A DNA stretch of 60,548 bases, counting the filler, from Asterionella formosa (lineage: Eukaryota): the NCBI GenBank assembly GCA_002256025.1. It is 11 parts of 11 records of this genome, joined end to end, with 100 filler letters (N's around TTAATTAATTAA, not from the genome) between each part and the next. Parts side by side here need not be neighbours in the genome. Positions count along the whole stretch, not along the records: positions 33,114 to 38,522 come from NKIB01013081.1; positions 38,623 to 44,030 come from NKIB01013082.1; positions 44,131 to 49,543 come from NKIB01013083.1; positions 49,644 to 55,046 come from NKIB01013084.1; 7 more parts are not named here. One strand, given 5' to 3'. The first letter of the stretch is position 1. Each line of letters begins with the position of its first letter. The notes beneath the pieces were generated by a model. The model saw nothing but the letters and a program-made list of their open reading frames with translations, was not told the origin of the DNA and made no database searches. Positions 37,314 to 50,024 of this stretch are shown piece after piece. The translations under genes were made by a program, and so were the position numbers.

Positions 37314-37564
37314 CAAGTACCATGGTTGATGGAATCAGTTAATTATTAGCTCCAACAGTAGTGGAATCAGTTAAATAAAACCGGAACAGTAACGACCATG
37401 AGTGATGCAATATTGAGTATTTAATTGATGAAAAAAATTCATCTTATTTTGTTCCAGTAGAAGGAAAACTATATCCCAGTTTCGCTTATTGCAATTAGCT
37501 CAAAAGGAAATCATTTCATTCTGGTTTCTCGTCATGAAAATAGTTTCCAGAATCACGTTTGGAA

Positions 37565-38522
37565 TCAACTAGTATGTATAGATAGTGGTTTGTCAATCAC
37601 ATGAAGAATGCCTTGTTCAGAAAATATGTCTTCCTGGATGATGGTGGCATATCCATTGATTGTCACATTTACTGTATTGATCTTGAGCTGTAGTACTACT
37701 ACTCCACCTGATGATGATGATAATGCGGCTTGAGACTCCAGCATCAGTTCTGTATCACTTACTTTAGTCCCAGTTGGTATAGTCCACCAGCAACGTCGGA
37801 CAAAGTTTCCAGAAACAACATGATGTAACACATAATTCTCCAATGCTTGACTATCATTTGCTGCACCTATAATGGTACTTGCATCAGAAGTCCCAAATGC
37901 TTCATTGGTAGGAACAAAGAGTGTGATTGCTTTGCTATCACCTTGTTGCAGTAAAAGTTGGGACTTGAGATTAGGCAATGCCCTGACTAAGCCAATAAAG
38001 GTTGATAGGTCACCACTACGAAGAGTGTTGATTTCAAGTAAGACATCGAATGACGATTTTCCTATCCAAGGCACCAGGGGAATAGGATAGTGTAATAAAA
38101 TGTGTGTTATGCCATTCTTGAAACGCAGGTCTCGATCTGTTGCTGATATGGATACATTGTTCACTCGAAATGGGTCCAACTGGATCCTGAGTGGATAGCC
38201 AGCAATAGAAGTTAGCACCATACCGTCACACATGTCGGCCAAGACCAAACTCTGTCCCTCAACATTGAGACTTTCCAATGCATCAAGCTGAGATAAAATG
38301 AGGAGTACAATGAGGAGAAGATCTGATGATCAACCCGATTCGAGTCTATCATTACAAAGTTGCAGTTGACACTTACCGCATGGCCGTTCCATAGAGGCGT
38401 AATCATCTTGGTTATCAGCATCAAGTCAGTGCCTTCCAGGATAGCTGCATCAGAGCTTATTCCAAAGTGAGTGAAATTTGTGTCTGTGCGATTGAGCATC
38501 TGTAGGATTACTTTCCCACTAT
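37565..38522 (-). CDS. Fasciclin (FAS1)-domain protein, 5'-truncated by contig end
   Basis: Exons ..38522-38377 and 38287-37565. ITLFVPTNEAF, VLHHVV, NGITHIL, GILHVIDKPL. Confidence 0.85.
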
Positions 38523-38622
38523 NNNNNNNNNNNNNNNNNNNNNNNNNNNNNNNNNNNNNNNNNNNNTTAATTAATTAANNNNNNNNNNNNNNNNNNNNNN
38601 NNNNNNNNNNNNNNNNNNNNNN

Positions 38623-39042
38623 TGTTGAATTATATCGTTCACATATTCATTGATTTTACGTACCGTATGCCCGATTTCGTCCTCACAAATATAGTTCTCA
38701 CTCTATCTTGCCTGCCTTTGCTCTATTCGGGCTCGCAATAGGCAACGTTCGTCTTTCTTTGATCCCATCGTTTGCTGCTTGTTATACTAGTTGAAGCGGA
38801 TCGGTGAGTACAACAGTGAAATACTGAATGTGGATTGTAGATCGTATTTATCGTCTTTCCGATTTGATTGCTTCCGTGGTTTGTTTTGATCGTTTCCATC
38901 GTTTTTTGTCGTTACGCACTGTCGTTTTGTTTCGATTGTACATATCTACATAAGAACCAATGCATTTATCAATGACTACTCATTGAAGATGTTGTATTGT
39001 GCCGTTGTTGATCGTATTTGTTGATTTGTATAGTCGTTGACA
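38623..39042 (-). mobile_element. Candidate Copia-type LTR (solo, or a 5' LTR at the contig edge)
   Basis: TGTTGA...TTGACA termini and about 420-bp length mirror the LTR at 57330-57735. No internal homology checked. Confidence 0.4.
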
Positions 39043-39999
39043 ATGATGTCAATATTGCCGCCAAGCAATGCTTTTCTTGTACTAACGCGCTTTGCTACAT
39101 TTCTACTACGAGTTCATATCAGAAGCTACATGAATACTCAGCTAGAGAGAGTCAATAGTGCTGGAGCAGCGTGGCGATCATGCTTGCTCAGAATGGAATG
39201 ATCAGGGTTGCTTGTTTGGTGGGCAGCGGAGAGGAATGACTGTGGCGGAAATACTGCTACTGGAGTCAGGCTACTACAGCGATGCGCATGGTTGCAGAAA
39301 CCAGACCCTTTACGCTACATAACGATGTAGGTCAAGATTGGGTTGAGCTTTTTTTCTTCTTCTTTCGGTCTTCGATTGTGAGGTGATGGAAAGTCAATGT
39401 TGCCTGCTGGTGTGTAAGTACTACAATGATTCACAATGCATACATCTCCATTGGAACACTTATTTTTTATTTCATTTCTAACCCAAAACAATTTTTTCTA
39501 TTTCTCATTTGATGCTACTTATTACATTGCATTTCATACTTTGGTTGCTCCAAACAGCCATCATGTTCAATTTTCGTTGATGTTGCATGTTACAATCATT
39601 CTCGTGTGTTTTACGCTTGCTTGTTGTACCATCTCTATGCATATTACCGTTATTTTGTTTGTCATGCTAAAATCGGCAATTTTATTGCCGAAAAATTCGA
39701 TGTGCCCCATATTGCCCTTAAATAAAAATTACTTAAGAAATTGCTTAGAGACTAACAATTACTTAGAAGTACCCGAACGGCAAGACATAGCTGGAGCGGG
39801 AATTGCTGGAGTACTGGAAGCACTTGAATTATTGAGATGCAATTGGATCACACCTAATCCCTCCTTCACTTTGTTCCATTAAACGACATTGCCTTTATTG
39901 GCATGAAGGCCTTCGTTAAATGGCGCAACTCTCTTGGATGCTTTTTTAAATTCTTCAGCTGATTAATCGACCATCATTACTGTAAACTGTTATACAGTA

Positions 40000-40744
40000 T
40001 ACCCATTGCATAACTTGAGCAAACTTGAGCATAATTTTGATCTGCAGGCAAGGGAAGGAGATTTCAATACTAGCCAGGGACATGCAGCAGTCTGCCCATG
40101 ATGACACATCATGGTACATGAGGAACAATGCTGCCTTGACAAAACTTGCACATTGCTATTGATTATTGCTCTTGACAGCATCAAAATAATCCAACTTTGG
40201 TCTTGTCTGAAACAAACAATGAATCATCCTCATTGGCTGCTGCTCCTACTCATGTAGCATCCTGCTTTGACGCCAATGGATAATGATATCTTACTGGGAC
40301 TCTCAAAGACTTGAAGGACAACATTCAGCAAGATATCATATTTATGCATGAGATTGTTTTATAGATAGCTGCCAGTATTATTCAAAGGTATTTGTACTTA
40401 AGTTTATTATTTGTCTACATCAAGAGAGTAAGGTAGTAAGTGTATTGTAAGCCTTTGTGGATCAATTAAACAGTCGACGTTATGTTGCCGGCACAAGCCA
40501 TAATCTAGACCAATACAAATGCTCCCTTTGTTTGGCTAGTATGGTCGGAATATAATCGACCAAATACCTGATATTTGGTCAATAAGGGGGTCATCCTCAA
40601 TCAAGACCAAAGCATATTTGGTCTTGGTCGATGCAGTGGCTAAAATTTTTTTTGCTTTTTCGTCCAAGACAACACATCATGACTTGTAATGACTCCCAAC
40701 TGCAATTGGCTTGGTATTTGGTCGATGCGGTGGAGATGCTCTAA
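40000..40744 (+). mobile_element. PIF/Harbinger remnant (right TIR plus TAA)
   Basis: TGGAGATGCTC-TAA at 40731-40744 (reverse complement GAGCATCTCCA, PIF/Tourist-type end). Subterminal ttggtcga repeats. Left boundary unclear. Confidence 0.55.
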
Positions 40745-43700
40745 ACACATGCAACCTTCTTGGCTGGTGCTTCAAACGTTTTGTAGACGAAAAGGGCAAT
40801 TAAAAATCAGTGGAAGCTAAACGATTCATATTTAAAATTGTGATTTAATAGCTAAATTCAATTACTTCATCATGCCAATCGAGTGATTCGAAATGAAGGG
40901 TGGATCGCTGTCATTTTCCGGTAGATTTTCAACTTACTGCCTTGCTCCCTCATCTCTTGGCGAATCTTGAAAGCGAAGCAGTCAAAAATCACAGATCGCA
41001 GCGGCAATTTCATAATTTTGGAGATTCGTCACCTTTTTGTCTGTACGCACAAACCTTCATAGACTTTGCTCACCCTCTGATCACAACACAGTAAAGCTAG
41101 TACAGTGGACAAGACAACCTCACCATAACAATAAATTGTGACACACCTGTGGCATTTTCATCCTTGCCCTCCATTTGTCTTGATTGCTTCTTGTCTTGCC
41201 TTAAAGGATCTCACATGTTGAAAGTAGTGTTTAGGTACTTGCCTGGAGCTTAGGGAATTGTGCACATCATCCCTGATATGACGAAAAACAGAGAAACCTT
41301 CCAATGGTAAGTGACAAACTACAGCAGAAAGTATAATTACAATCCATTTCAACCTATTTTCAACAGTGATTTCAATAAGAATTATCATCATGTTCAGAAA
41401 CATGTATGATGAAAGAATGTACATGATAGGATAATGTTTTGATAATTACATGGTGTATAGCAGTTTATTATAAGTATGCTAAACATGATCATACACATAG
41501 TATGTATTTATTTTACAAATAACAAAATACGTATCATGTGGCGAAACATTCTGTGCCAGTTGGCGTACAATACCTGTGATCTTATAAATATGATAAATTC
41601 TATTTTCAGACATATTAATCCAGTATTTAATAGTTCCAAACACATTAATTTGTATGTTGAGAATATATGGTTCAAAAAAGGGGGGCAGGTCATGCATCTA
41701 TATTTCGCTTGATATGATTATAAGCGAAAATCGAAAAAACCGAAAAACGATTTTTTCGAATGTAGTCGCCAATTTTAAATGTATCTGTTGAGAAGTTATT
41801 GTTTGGTTCGACTCTCACACTTCTTACCATCCCGCAGGGTCTTGCTGCTTGCTTGGTGCGCCAAAATAGTGGGTTGCCCCCCTACAAGCAGCTTGTGCCG
41901 CCTTGCTTCCTAGGCAGTCGGAGTTTCCCCCAATGCTGCGGCTGAGACGATCACCTTTCATGAAAGGTGGTTGGGTACTCACCTACAATAACAACACTAG
42001 GGAATGACAGATCTGGTTGGCAGGTAGCTCAATGAAAGACTTGCCTATAAAAATAGGGGAGTACAAATGAGCTTTAAAACATGCTATCGTTTAAACATAG
42101 ATCTGTAGCCTGTGTTATTGTGCACGCACATTAGAGCAATTGAATCAGAGAAAGTTATCGGAGTCAAAATGCCCCTGGAGAAATTTTAAGAATCACCGGA
42201 ACTATTTTCAACCAGAGGACACTTTTTTGCCAAGTATAAAGGCGAGTTTAAGAAAGACTACTACAGACTACAGCGCTGATCACAGAATTTTGTGGTCCAT
42301 AAGCCACATGGACCTCCCGGTCCCAATAATTATTAATTCCTATAAACGACTGATTCGCTCACCATGATGAAAGTCGCTATCCATGCGTCCAACGAAGCAA
42401 AGAAAGAACAAATCATACATGGGGGACAGAGCTATAAGATGGTAATGAAATCCGACAAAAAGAGAATGCAGAAAGAGGCGGAGATAAAAAAGCAAACGAA
42501 GATTAGCTAATGTAGCTAGGAGCGGTGAAAAACAGCAATTGCACTGATGTCGAATTGGCGTTTTACGCAAACACTATGCACAGTTGGTAAATTCATGGCA
42601 ATGGCATCAACACAACGCAAACAGAAGAAGAACCAGGCAAAAACAGCAACAAGAGAAAATAAAATAATATAAAAGAAGAAGTTTAACACCTTTTTCACTA
42701 CAGTGAGCGCTATTACAGTGCAAGGAGCAGAAGAATACAAGAACAGCGATATGCCAAACATTAACAAGAATAAAGAAAAATACAAAGAAAGAAAAAAGTC
42801 ACTGATGAAGAAATTGGGCCAGAGCTGGATGTGCTGCTCAAAGCAATAATTTCATTGATAACAAAGACAATGAAGCAGACCAAGACAAAAACAATGAGTT
42901 AGAATACCTGGAATCACCCATTGTTGAAGAGAATTCAAATTGAATCATCAGAAGTGGGGCCAAAATAGAAATCTTCAAACCCAATCCACACTCACTATCC
43001 CGTTCTCCGGCGGCTGACACGAGAATTGCAGTCAGAGAGAACTGAACCAAGAACAAAGCTACCACAATTTTTTTTAACTACTTCCACATGAGGATGTGAC
43101 TACCAACCAAACCTTTCCACCATCCCACCTTATATGGGCCATTGTGTGCAATGACTGCAACTCTAGAAATAGAATAGTTAGAATACGCTATAAAAATGAT
43201 TACTATATATTTTTCAACCAGAGGGAGTACCTGGTACCCTGGCTTTTACAAGGATAAATGTAGTGCTACTTGTATAACATGATCTATATGGTTGTACCTG
43301 TACACTTGCCCATCTGATCTTGGACTTTATTAAGTACAGAATAGCTATGCTGGTGCTACAAAATGATACAATAGAAGAATTCTCATGTACATGTATCATA
43401 TTTTTTGTTTATTAGATGTAGCAGAGAAATATTAGAATGTACCTCTTGTATAGTCATTCAATGTTGAAGAGGCACAGTACTGGTATGGTGGTAAGATGTA
43501 TGACCAACACATATGTACATTGAACTGATGAATTTATATCAGACATCCAACTGATACCAGCAGTAAAACCAACAGAGTTTGAAATTAATTTATAGAGTAC
43601 ACATTAGCAGAATTAAACATTTGGTAAGTCTTTTATCTGTGTCCAGCAATGATTGGGTTCATCGTGATTTGCACTTCGCGCAGTTGTGCGTTCATACCAT

Positions 43701-44130
43701 GTTTCCCCTTTCCTTCAGTACCTGTTAGAATACTAAGATGTTTACAATAGTGTTAGTAATGTATAGGTATATTTCATATGTCGTACCTTGTTAAATTCTT
43801 TTGCAGTCTGACTGCAAGAATGCTAGATCTTTCTACATCTAAGCCGCGAAATACGCCACTTTTCGAAATTTCGTCTACGTATGAGTGTTAATTATGTGGT
43901 AATTCACATGCATTAATGCCACTCTTCACGTAAAAAAGATTACTTTTAACGGTTTCATGTGAAGTTTTAACTGTTTCATGTGAAGTTTTCACAATGAATT
44001 TTGAACGCGAGACTGAATTAGTTGATGTTTNNNNNNNNNNNNNNNNNNNNNNNNNNNNNNNNNNNNNNNNNNNNTTAATTAATTAANNNNNNNNNNNNNN
44101 NNNNNNNNNNNNNNNNNNNNNNNNNNNNNN

Positions 44131-44478
44131 TCGGCGAGCTCTTGGAAACGTTGGTGCTCGCCTGGCAGTTGCTGTTCTTGAAACTGAACTAGTAGGAGCA
44201 CGTGAAAAATCGTTGTTGTTCCTTGATGGGGACTGAGTAACCCCAGAAACACCAATCCGAGAAACACCTGGGACACCCATCCTACTGTCCTCATTGTCAC
44301 TGGCAAACTCATCAGCACCAGTGTCATCTTCATTCTTGTCGTCGTCCTCCTCCTCTTCTTCTGGTTGAGTCTGTTCTTGTTGTTCTTGTTGCTGGTGACG
44401 GCGACCTTCAAGCAGCCTTGGAGAGGAAGGAAAGCCCTCCATGGCTGCTCTCCTTTGACCAGAAGAAGATGAAGACAT
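44131..44478 (-). CDS. N-terminus of an acidic low-complexity protein, truncated by contig end
   Basis: Open frame from MSSSSSGQRR to the gap with a Q/E/D-rich tract; no recognisable domain. Confidence 0.45.
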
Positions 44479-45009
44479 GGCCGAAATCTAAAAGCGATGA
44501 TGATCGATTTATTATGTAACAATATGCATATGTATATGCATACCTATTTTGGCAAGAGCAAGCCATTTTGCATTTTGAGTATGAGCAAGCAAGTCTTGAA
44601 ATATTCCGGGAAATTCTTTATAGTCATCCATGTCTAAACATCTTTTTATATAATGCACTGTTATTTATAACTGTAAAAAATTTGGTCAACACAAACACAA
44701 ATTTTGGGGTTATGGGTACAACGATTTGTGTTATAATACACATGATATAATAATTTTTTATTATCAGAGCGCGCCCAGTATGTCAATCCATTCGTCAAAT
44801 GACCGATCTCGACAACTGAAATTTATTTACTACATGAAAATTAGTAGTCTTGTCCGCAGGAATATTATAGTAATTAATTATAATGAAAATTGTCAACACT
44901 CAATGCTCCATCATCATCCTTGCTGTTGTTGTTTTAAGGTGATCGGCCTTCACATCGTCCTATCTCCTTTCTCCTCTGCTCCCACCACCAGCATCTCTCT
45001 TTTATCACA

Positions 45010-46356
45010 ATGGCGACTGAAGGACCAGCCAACAGAATACTCAACTGAGGAGGAGCATTCCTTTTGCGACCATATTCGATATTGGATAGGCGGCCCCATT
45101 CAAGTGCACATGCTTCGAAGTGTGCAGATTGCCATTATATTTGCTGCTGGTTGTGAACTTCAACACAGGTATGCATCTAGGGAAGAGAAGAAATTTCGAG
45201 ATACGGCTGAAGCGTATTTTTGAATTCTGGATGAAGACCTCGAGGATGATCTGTGTGATACTGCCATATAAACTCAACTGCGATATGCATGGGGGTCCAA
45301 GGATAAGTCGAGCATGACTGGCGATACCTTATGGAGAAAGTGGCAGGAGATTAGAAACAAACTTCGCAACAGTATCATTTCTAGTTCAAACATCGCCCAG
45401 GATTCTTTGCACAAACTTCCAAGTGGACAAGGTTTGAAGGATGCATATTTCAAATTTGTCTGCAATATTTACAAGCAAAGTTTCCAAAAGAAGAATCCGA
45501 TGTGTCAAATCATGATTGATGGAGTTGATCTACCTGGTCAATCAACCAGCAGATTCGAAATCATGGTTGTTCCAAGCCCACCCAATCATTGGGAATACAG
45601 GGATCCAACTTTGTGCTATTTGCTTACTTTAAAGATTTTTCGGAAGAATATGCAATTGGTTCCAGATTTGAAAGACAGTGATGTTGTAAATATAAGTCGA
45701 CGAGAGATGCTGCTGGCAGATCGCGAAGAGAAGAGGAATAAGGAGCATGGAAGGAGCAACAAACGAAAGCATCATCATAATGAATATTCATCACCAAGCA
45801 AACAGAAAACCCCAACCATGATGGCAGAAAGCCCCAACCAGCCATGATGGTGGATATGTTGATGCTCAATTTTCAAGCAGCACAAACTCGAAAGGGAGAA
45901 ACTGATGAGATTGTTGCTCATCTTGATCTATATGAAAGATTCAAGCACATACTCCCTGAAGACAGATATCATGCAGGTGTTTTGCATTGTTTCGATAATC
46001 TACCTTCCCTACAAACTTATGATGTTGAGAGTTCAAGTGTTTTGACTGACAAAAGTATTGTCAGTGCAACAAGTGTCTTTGGAAATGAACTCACTCCAAC
46101 AAATACTGCCCCAATTCCCTCTTTTGTTCGTAATGATGAGCAATGTAAAGATCAAGGCCCAGGACTTGTTGGAGTCATTTGCACTGACTGCCAAGTCATG
46201 AACAGTGAACACCTTTGCATTGATTGCAACAAATTTGTATGCTCCATTTGCTGTGATGGTTTTCGAAATCTACAGAACATTTGGTGTTGTGGTGCTTGCT
46301 TTTCAATGCACAGCTCTGATGTTCAGGAACTAATTAGGCAACATAAATACTCATGA
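45010..46356 (+). pseudogene. Harbinger partner ORF (Myb/SANT-like helix plus C-terminal Cys-rich zinc finger)
   Basis: LWRKWQEIRNKLR. C-terminal CTDC..EHLCIDCNKFVCSICC..WCCGAC. Stops and frameshifts. Convergent with the transposase. Confidence 0.6.
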
Positions 46357-46396
46357 ATATATTTTACTAAGAATAAATATAGTTACATAATATATA

Positions 46397-47746
46397 TTAA
46401 GCTATCTTGCTAACTTGCTTCTTGTTACATCTTTTACGAAATTCGTCATAATGATCAACAAGTAGTTGAACTCTATTCCACCATTGACTTTGTTTACCCC
46501 CAGCCACTGTTTCATTCAAGAAGTTGCGGTGTGAAGTAACATGCAATTCCATGCAGTCACCTCGCACAGTATGCGCAATATGCTGTGTGTCAGAACTTTC
46601 ACAGTCAAGGTAACCATCGCTTTCTAATAGAATGTTATGGAGCATACAGCATGATGTGAACGCATTTTCGATATGCTCAGGTCGAGACAAGTTGTTCCAG
46701 TTCTTAAGAAATAACCATCGACTTTTCAATATACCAAAAGTTCATTCAATATCTTTTCGAACTGACTCCACCATCATACCCCATGACCTTTCTTTTCCAT
46801 GTTCATTGCCGTGTTTAATTGGACAAATCAACACTGGCCATCGTAGGTACCCTCCATCACAAATGAAATAGTGGCCTTTACAAGTAATAGAAGACTCGAC
46901 AGTGAGCACATTCCACTCTTGCCTGCCAAGAAACGAATTTCTATCGTGTAGATTGGAAACAGCAGCATCAAACTTGACTATGTGTTTGTCATTTCTTGTT
47001 CCTGGGTGTAGGTAGCTGATTGATAAAATCTTTCTTCTGTGATCAGAAACCACCTCAAAAACAACTGAAGGATACCCCTTGGAACCTTTAAATATATTCT
47101 TCTGGTAGGCAGGACATTGATTCCATCCAATGTGCACACAATCGACTGAGCCTATACAACCTGGAAGCCCAATGGAACTGTAATCATTTAGAATTCGATG
47201 CAGTTGGTCATCATCTTCCTCTTCCTCTCTCAATATGTATACATATTCATCCTTCTTTTCTGAAAACTTTGAAGTCCAGTGAATGAAAAAATTTCGGTGT
47301 AACTCTTTAGAAATGTCAGTTTGAATATACACATACAAATGGGAAGCACCGGTTGCCACTAGAGTGTAGAGAACACCCAGGAGGAGCAACTCAAGGTCCT
47401 TGCACAGAAGATTGGTGCAATCTTTCCAGTGCGGATCATACCAACCATTAGATATTGTCATATCATACAGTTTTAAGAATATGTTGAATGGAAGACGAAA
47501 ATTTTTGCGAAAGAGTCTTGCTTCCCATGTGTTCATGTCCAATTGTAAGATGCGCTTTTCGTTTGTTAAGAACTTCTTCCACCAACATGAATCTTCCCTT
47601 GACACCAGAGGTCGTTGCTTTCTTTTTCGCTGAGCAGATGTTGTTGGATGGCAATTGCTGTTGGACGGCGATTGCTGATTCCCTCTTTCAGATTGAGCTT
47701 CCAAATGGAACTGAGAAACCAGCTCATTTCGCAATGCAGCTGGCAA
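46397..47746 (-). pseudogene. PIF/Harbinger DDE transposase with one in-frame TGA
   Basis: GLPGCIGSVDCVH, PGTRNDK, ICDGGY, ESVRKDIE*TFGILKSRW, CCMLHNILL. Confidence 0.92.
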
Positions 47747-47940
47747 GGCTGCTGGTAGTTGCCATGAAAACCGTTGTTGCTTCCATGCGTCTGCAAATAA
47801 AAACTATCATATTTCCATGATGCATCATAGGATTGTGATCATCTGATCATAATATTTCGTTATATCATCTAATAATTTTGATAAATGCCTATGTAATTTA
47901 AATAGTAACCCTTTTGACTACATATATTTAATTATTATAT

Positions 47941-48002
47941 GTATTGTTTCTATTTGATTCCTGTATTCGAATTTCTTGGTAGGATAATGTACCAGTTCAA
48001 GT
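47941..48002 (-). repeat. About 60-bp block nearly identical (inverted) to 49644-49704
   Basis: acttgaactggtacattatcctaccaagaaattc.aatacaggaatcaaataga. Confidence 0.9.
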
Positions 48003-48514
48003 AATGTAATTTGGCTCGTCATTTCCATCCGCCCCTCATCACTCCGATTTTTGCAACAACAACGAAATACTAGCAATGACAAGCAGAATGAATGTTTGCG
48101 ATAACGTCTTCAATTTGTTGGTCAAGTGATCTTTATATCTTCGAGTAATCGTCATGTGCAGTGAACCTTTTTTCATAATCATTCAATTAAGAGTTTACAG
48201 GAGAGAAGAAGCCATTCGAACTCGTAATGTTTCCGCACACAGCGCACAAAGTATATCCGTTTCGTCCACTTCAGCGTGAGAATCTCGCCAATCAACCTGT
48301 CCCGTAAACAAACACATTCTACTTGTTTTCGTTGACATTTTCATTTCTCACATGATACTACATCTACTATTGAGATTCAGCATAGAAGGAGATACGAAAA
48401 TGTGCGTAACAGACTACTGTCCACATAGCTATAGTTATAGAATGATTCTGATTAGAATGTATTTCATTTTCATATCGCTCGCTCGTTTCTGCATTTGGTA
48501 TACTGTACTTGAAT

Positions 48515-48805
48515 TAACTATTGAACTTGTCCGAATCTTTGATACCATCAAGAGAGCGAAAGCAAGTGGCTCTTTTCATTGTTGTTTGCTAGTAGGAAGA
48601 ATTTGATATCTGTATCGTCATTTGCTTGTTGGAATTGTCTTTTGCCTCAAACTTGCTTGGCATGTGCGTGCACACACTGTTGACTTGTTTTCAATGGTAT
48701 GTTGTTCTTGTATTCACTGTTGATCTTGTCCGCATCTTTGTTACCATCAATAGAGCGACGCAGACGAAGTGGGTCTCTTCATTGTTGTTTGCTCCTGGAA
48801 AAGTC
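48515..48805 (+). repeat. Diverged tandem duplication, about 200-bp period
   Basis: ttga.cttgtccg.atctttg.taccatcaa.agagcga...ttcattgttgtttgct occurs twice. Confidence 0.75.
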
Positions 48806-50024
48806 GGTGTCTGTGTCATCCTCATCAATAGAGAGACAAGTTCTTTCGTTGGAAAAATTGGTACCCGTGGTATCGTCATTCGCTCGTTGGAACCACTGTC
48901 CGTTGCCTCAAACCTGATTACCGGTAGCGTGTGGGTATGTGCACTGTCGACTTTTGTACATTACAGGCGGAGTGACTTCGCTACTAAATTGCGTGATATA
49001 ATAATATACCCTGTAGCACGATGCAGAATACAGTTGCTTCCCAATCATCTCATCATGATTGAGAAGATGATACTGTGATATCATGATAAGGTTACATCGA
49101 TACATACATCACCAAAGTATGATACGTAATAATGAATAAAGTACATCACATAAGAATGATACATTGATCATAGAACTGTGATGATTTTAATATATGTTTA
49201 TCATATAATTTTGATCAAAATATGATCATGTAAAAATAGTACAGTGACAATAAAGTATGATAAAATATGTACGCAAGTGTTACCAAGACATCATAGAATA
49301 TAAATCAAGCAATCATAAAGTATGTTAATTAATATATATGTTTGTCGTTTAATGTATACAGTTAAAGTCAACAGTTAATATGATAGTATTATACAGTGGA
49401 TAGGATCTAAGTATACGGATGCGTTGATATGTACATCACTATAATATGATTTGTGATATGGATTGATGCATATCACATACCGGTATCCACAACAACCAGC
49501 CATCACGTTCATTGTCGTGTCGTCTTTCCTTGTTTTAGCTGTANNNNNNNNNNNNNNNNNNNNNNNNNNNNNNNNNNNNNNNNNNNNTTAATTAATTAAN
49601 NNNNNNNNNNNNNNNNNNNNNNNNNNNNNNNNNNNNNNNNNNNACTTGAACTGGTACATTATCCTACCAAGAAATTCTAATACAGGAATCAAATAGAATC
49701 AATAAACGCGTATGAGAATGAGTCCTTTCTCCCTCAACGCTATTGGTTGGTCCCCTTAAGTCCTCCTGAGTCTATGAGGAGTCTGATCCGTGAGGGATAC
49801 AGGACTCATGTGGATTATCCACTGCTCTATTTTCTTGCTTTTTTCACTCATGTGAGCAAGAGTCTCGAGGCTTGAGGAAGATTTTACATTGGTCGCATCA
49901 ATGTACATGACCCAAATGCTGATGATAGGCAGTACAAAAGAAAAGTTAGGATCACCCAAATTCCCCTTGACACCTTTGCCACCTCTAAAATCCCTTTGGA
50001 GAGCAATGAGGCAGATTATGACTT

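Noticed and set aside
46742..46744. TGA at a probable Cys position next to the catalytic Glu of the Harbinger transposase (selenocysteine or readthrough?)
   Set aside because: The partner ORF has several stops and frameshifts and no SECIS was recognised; simple decay is more parsimonious.
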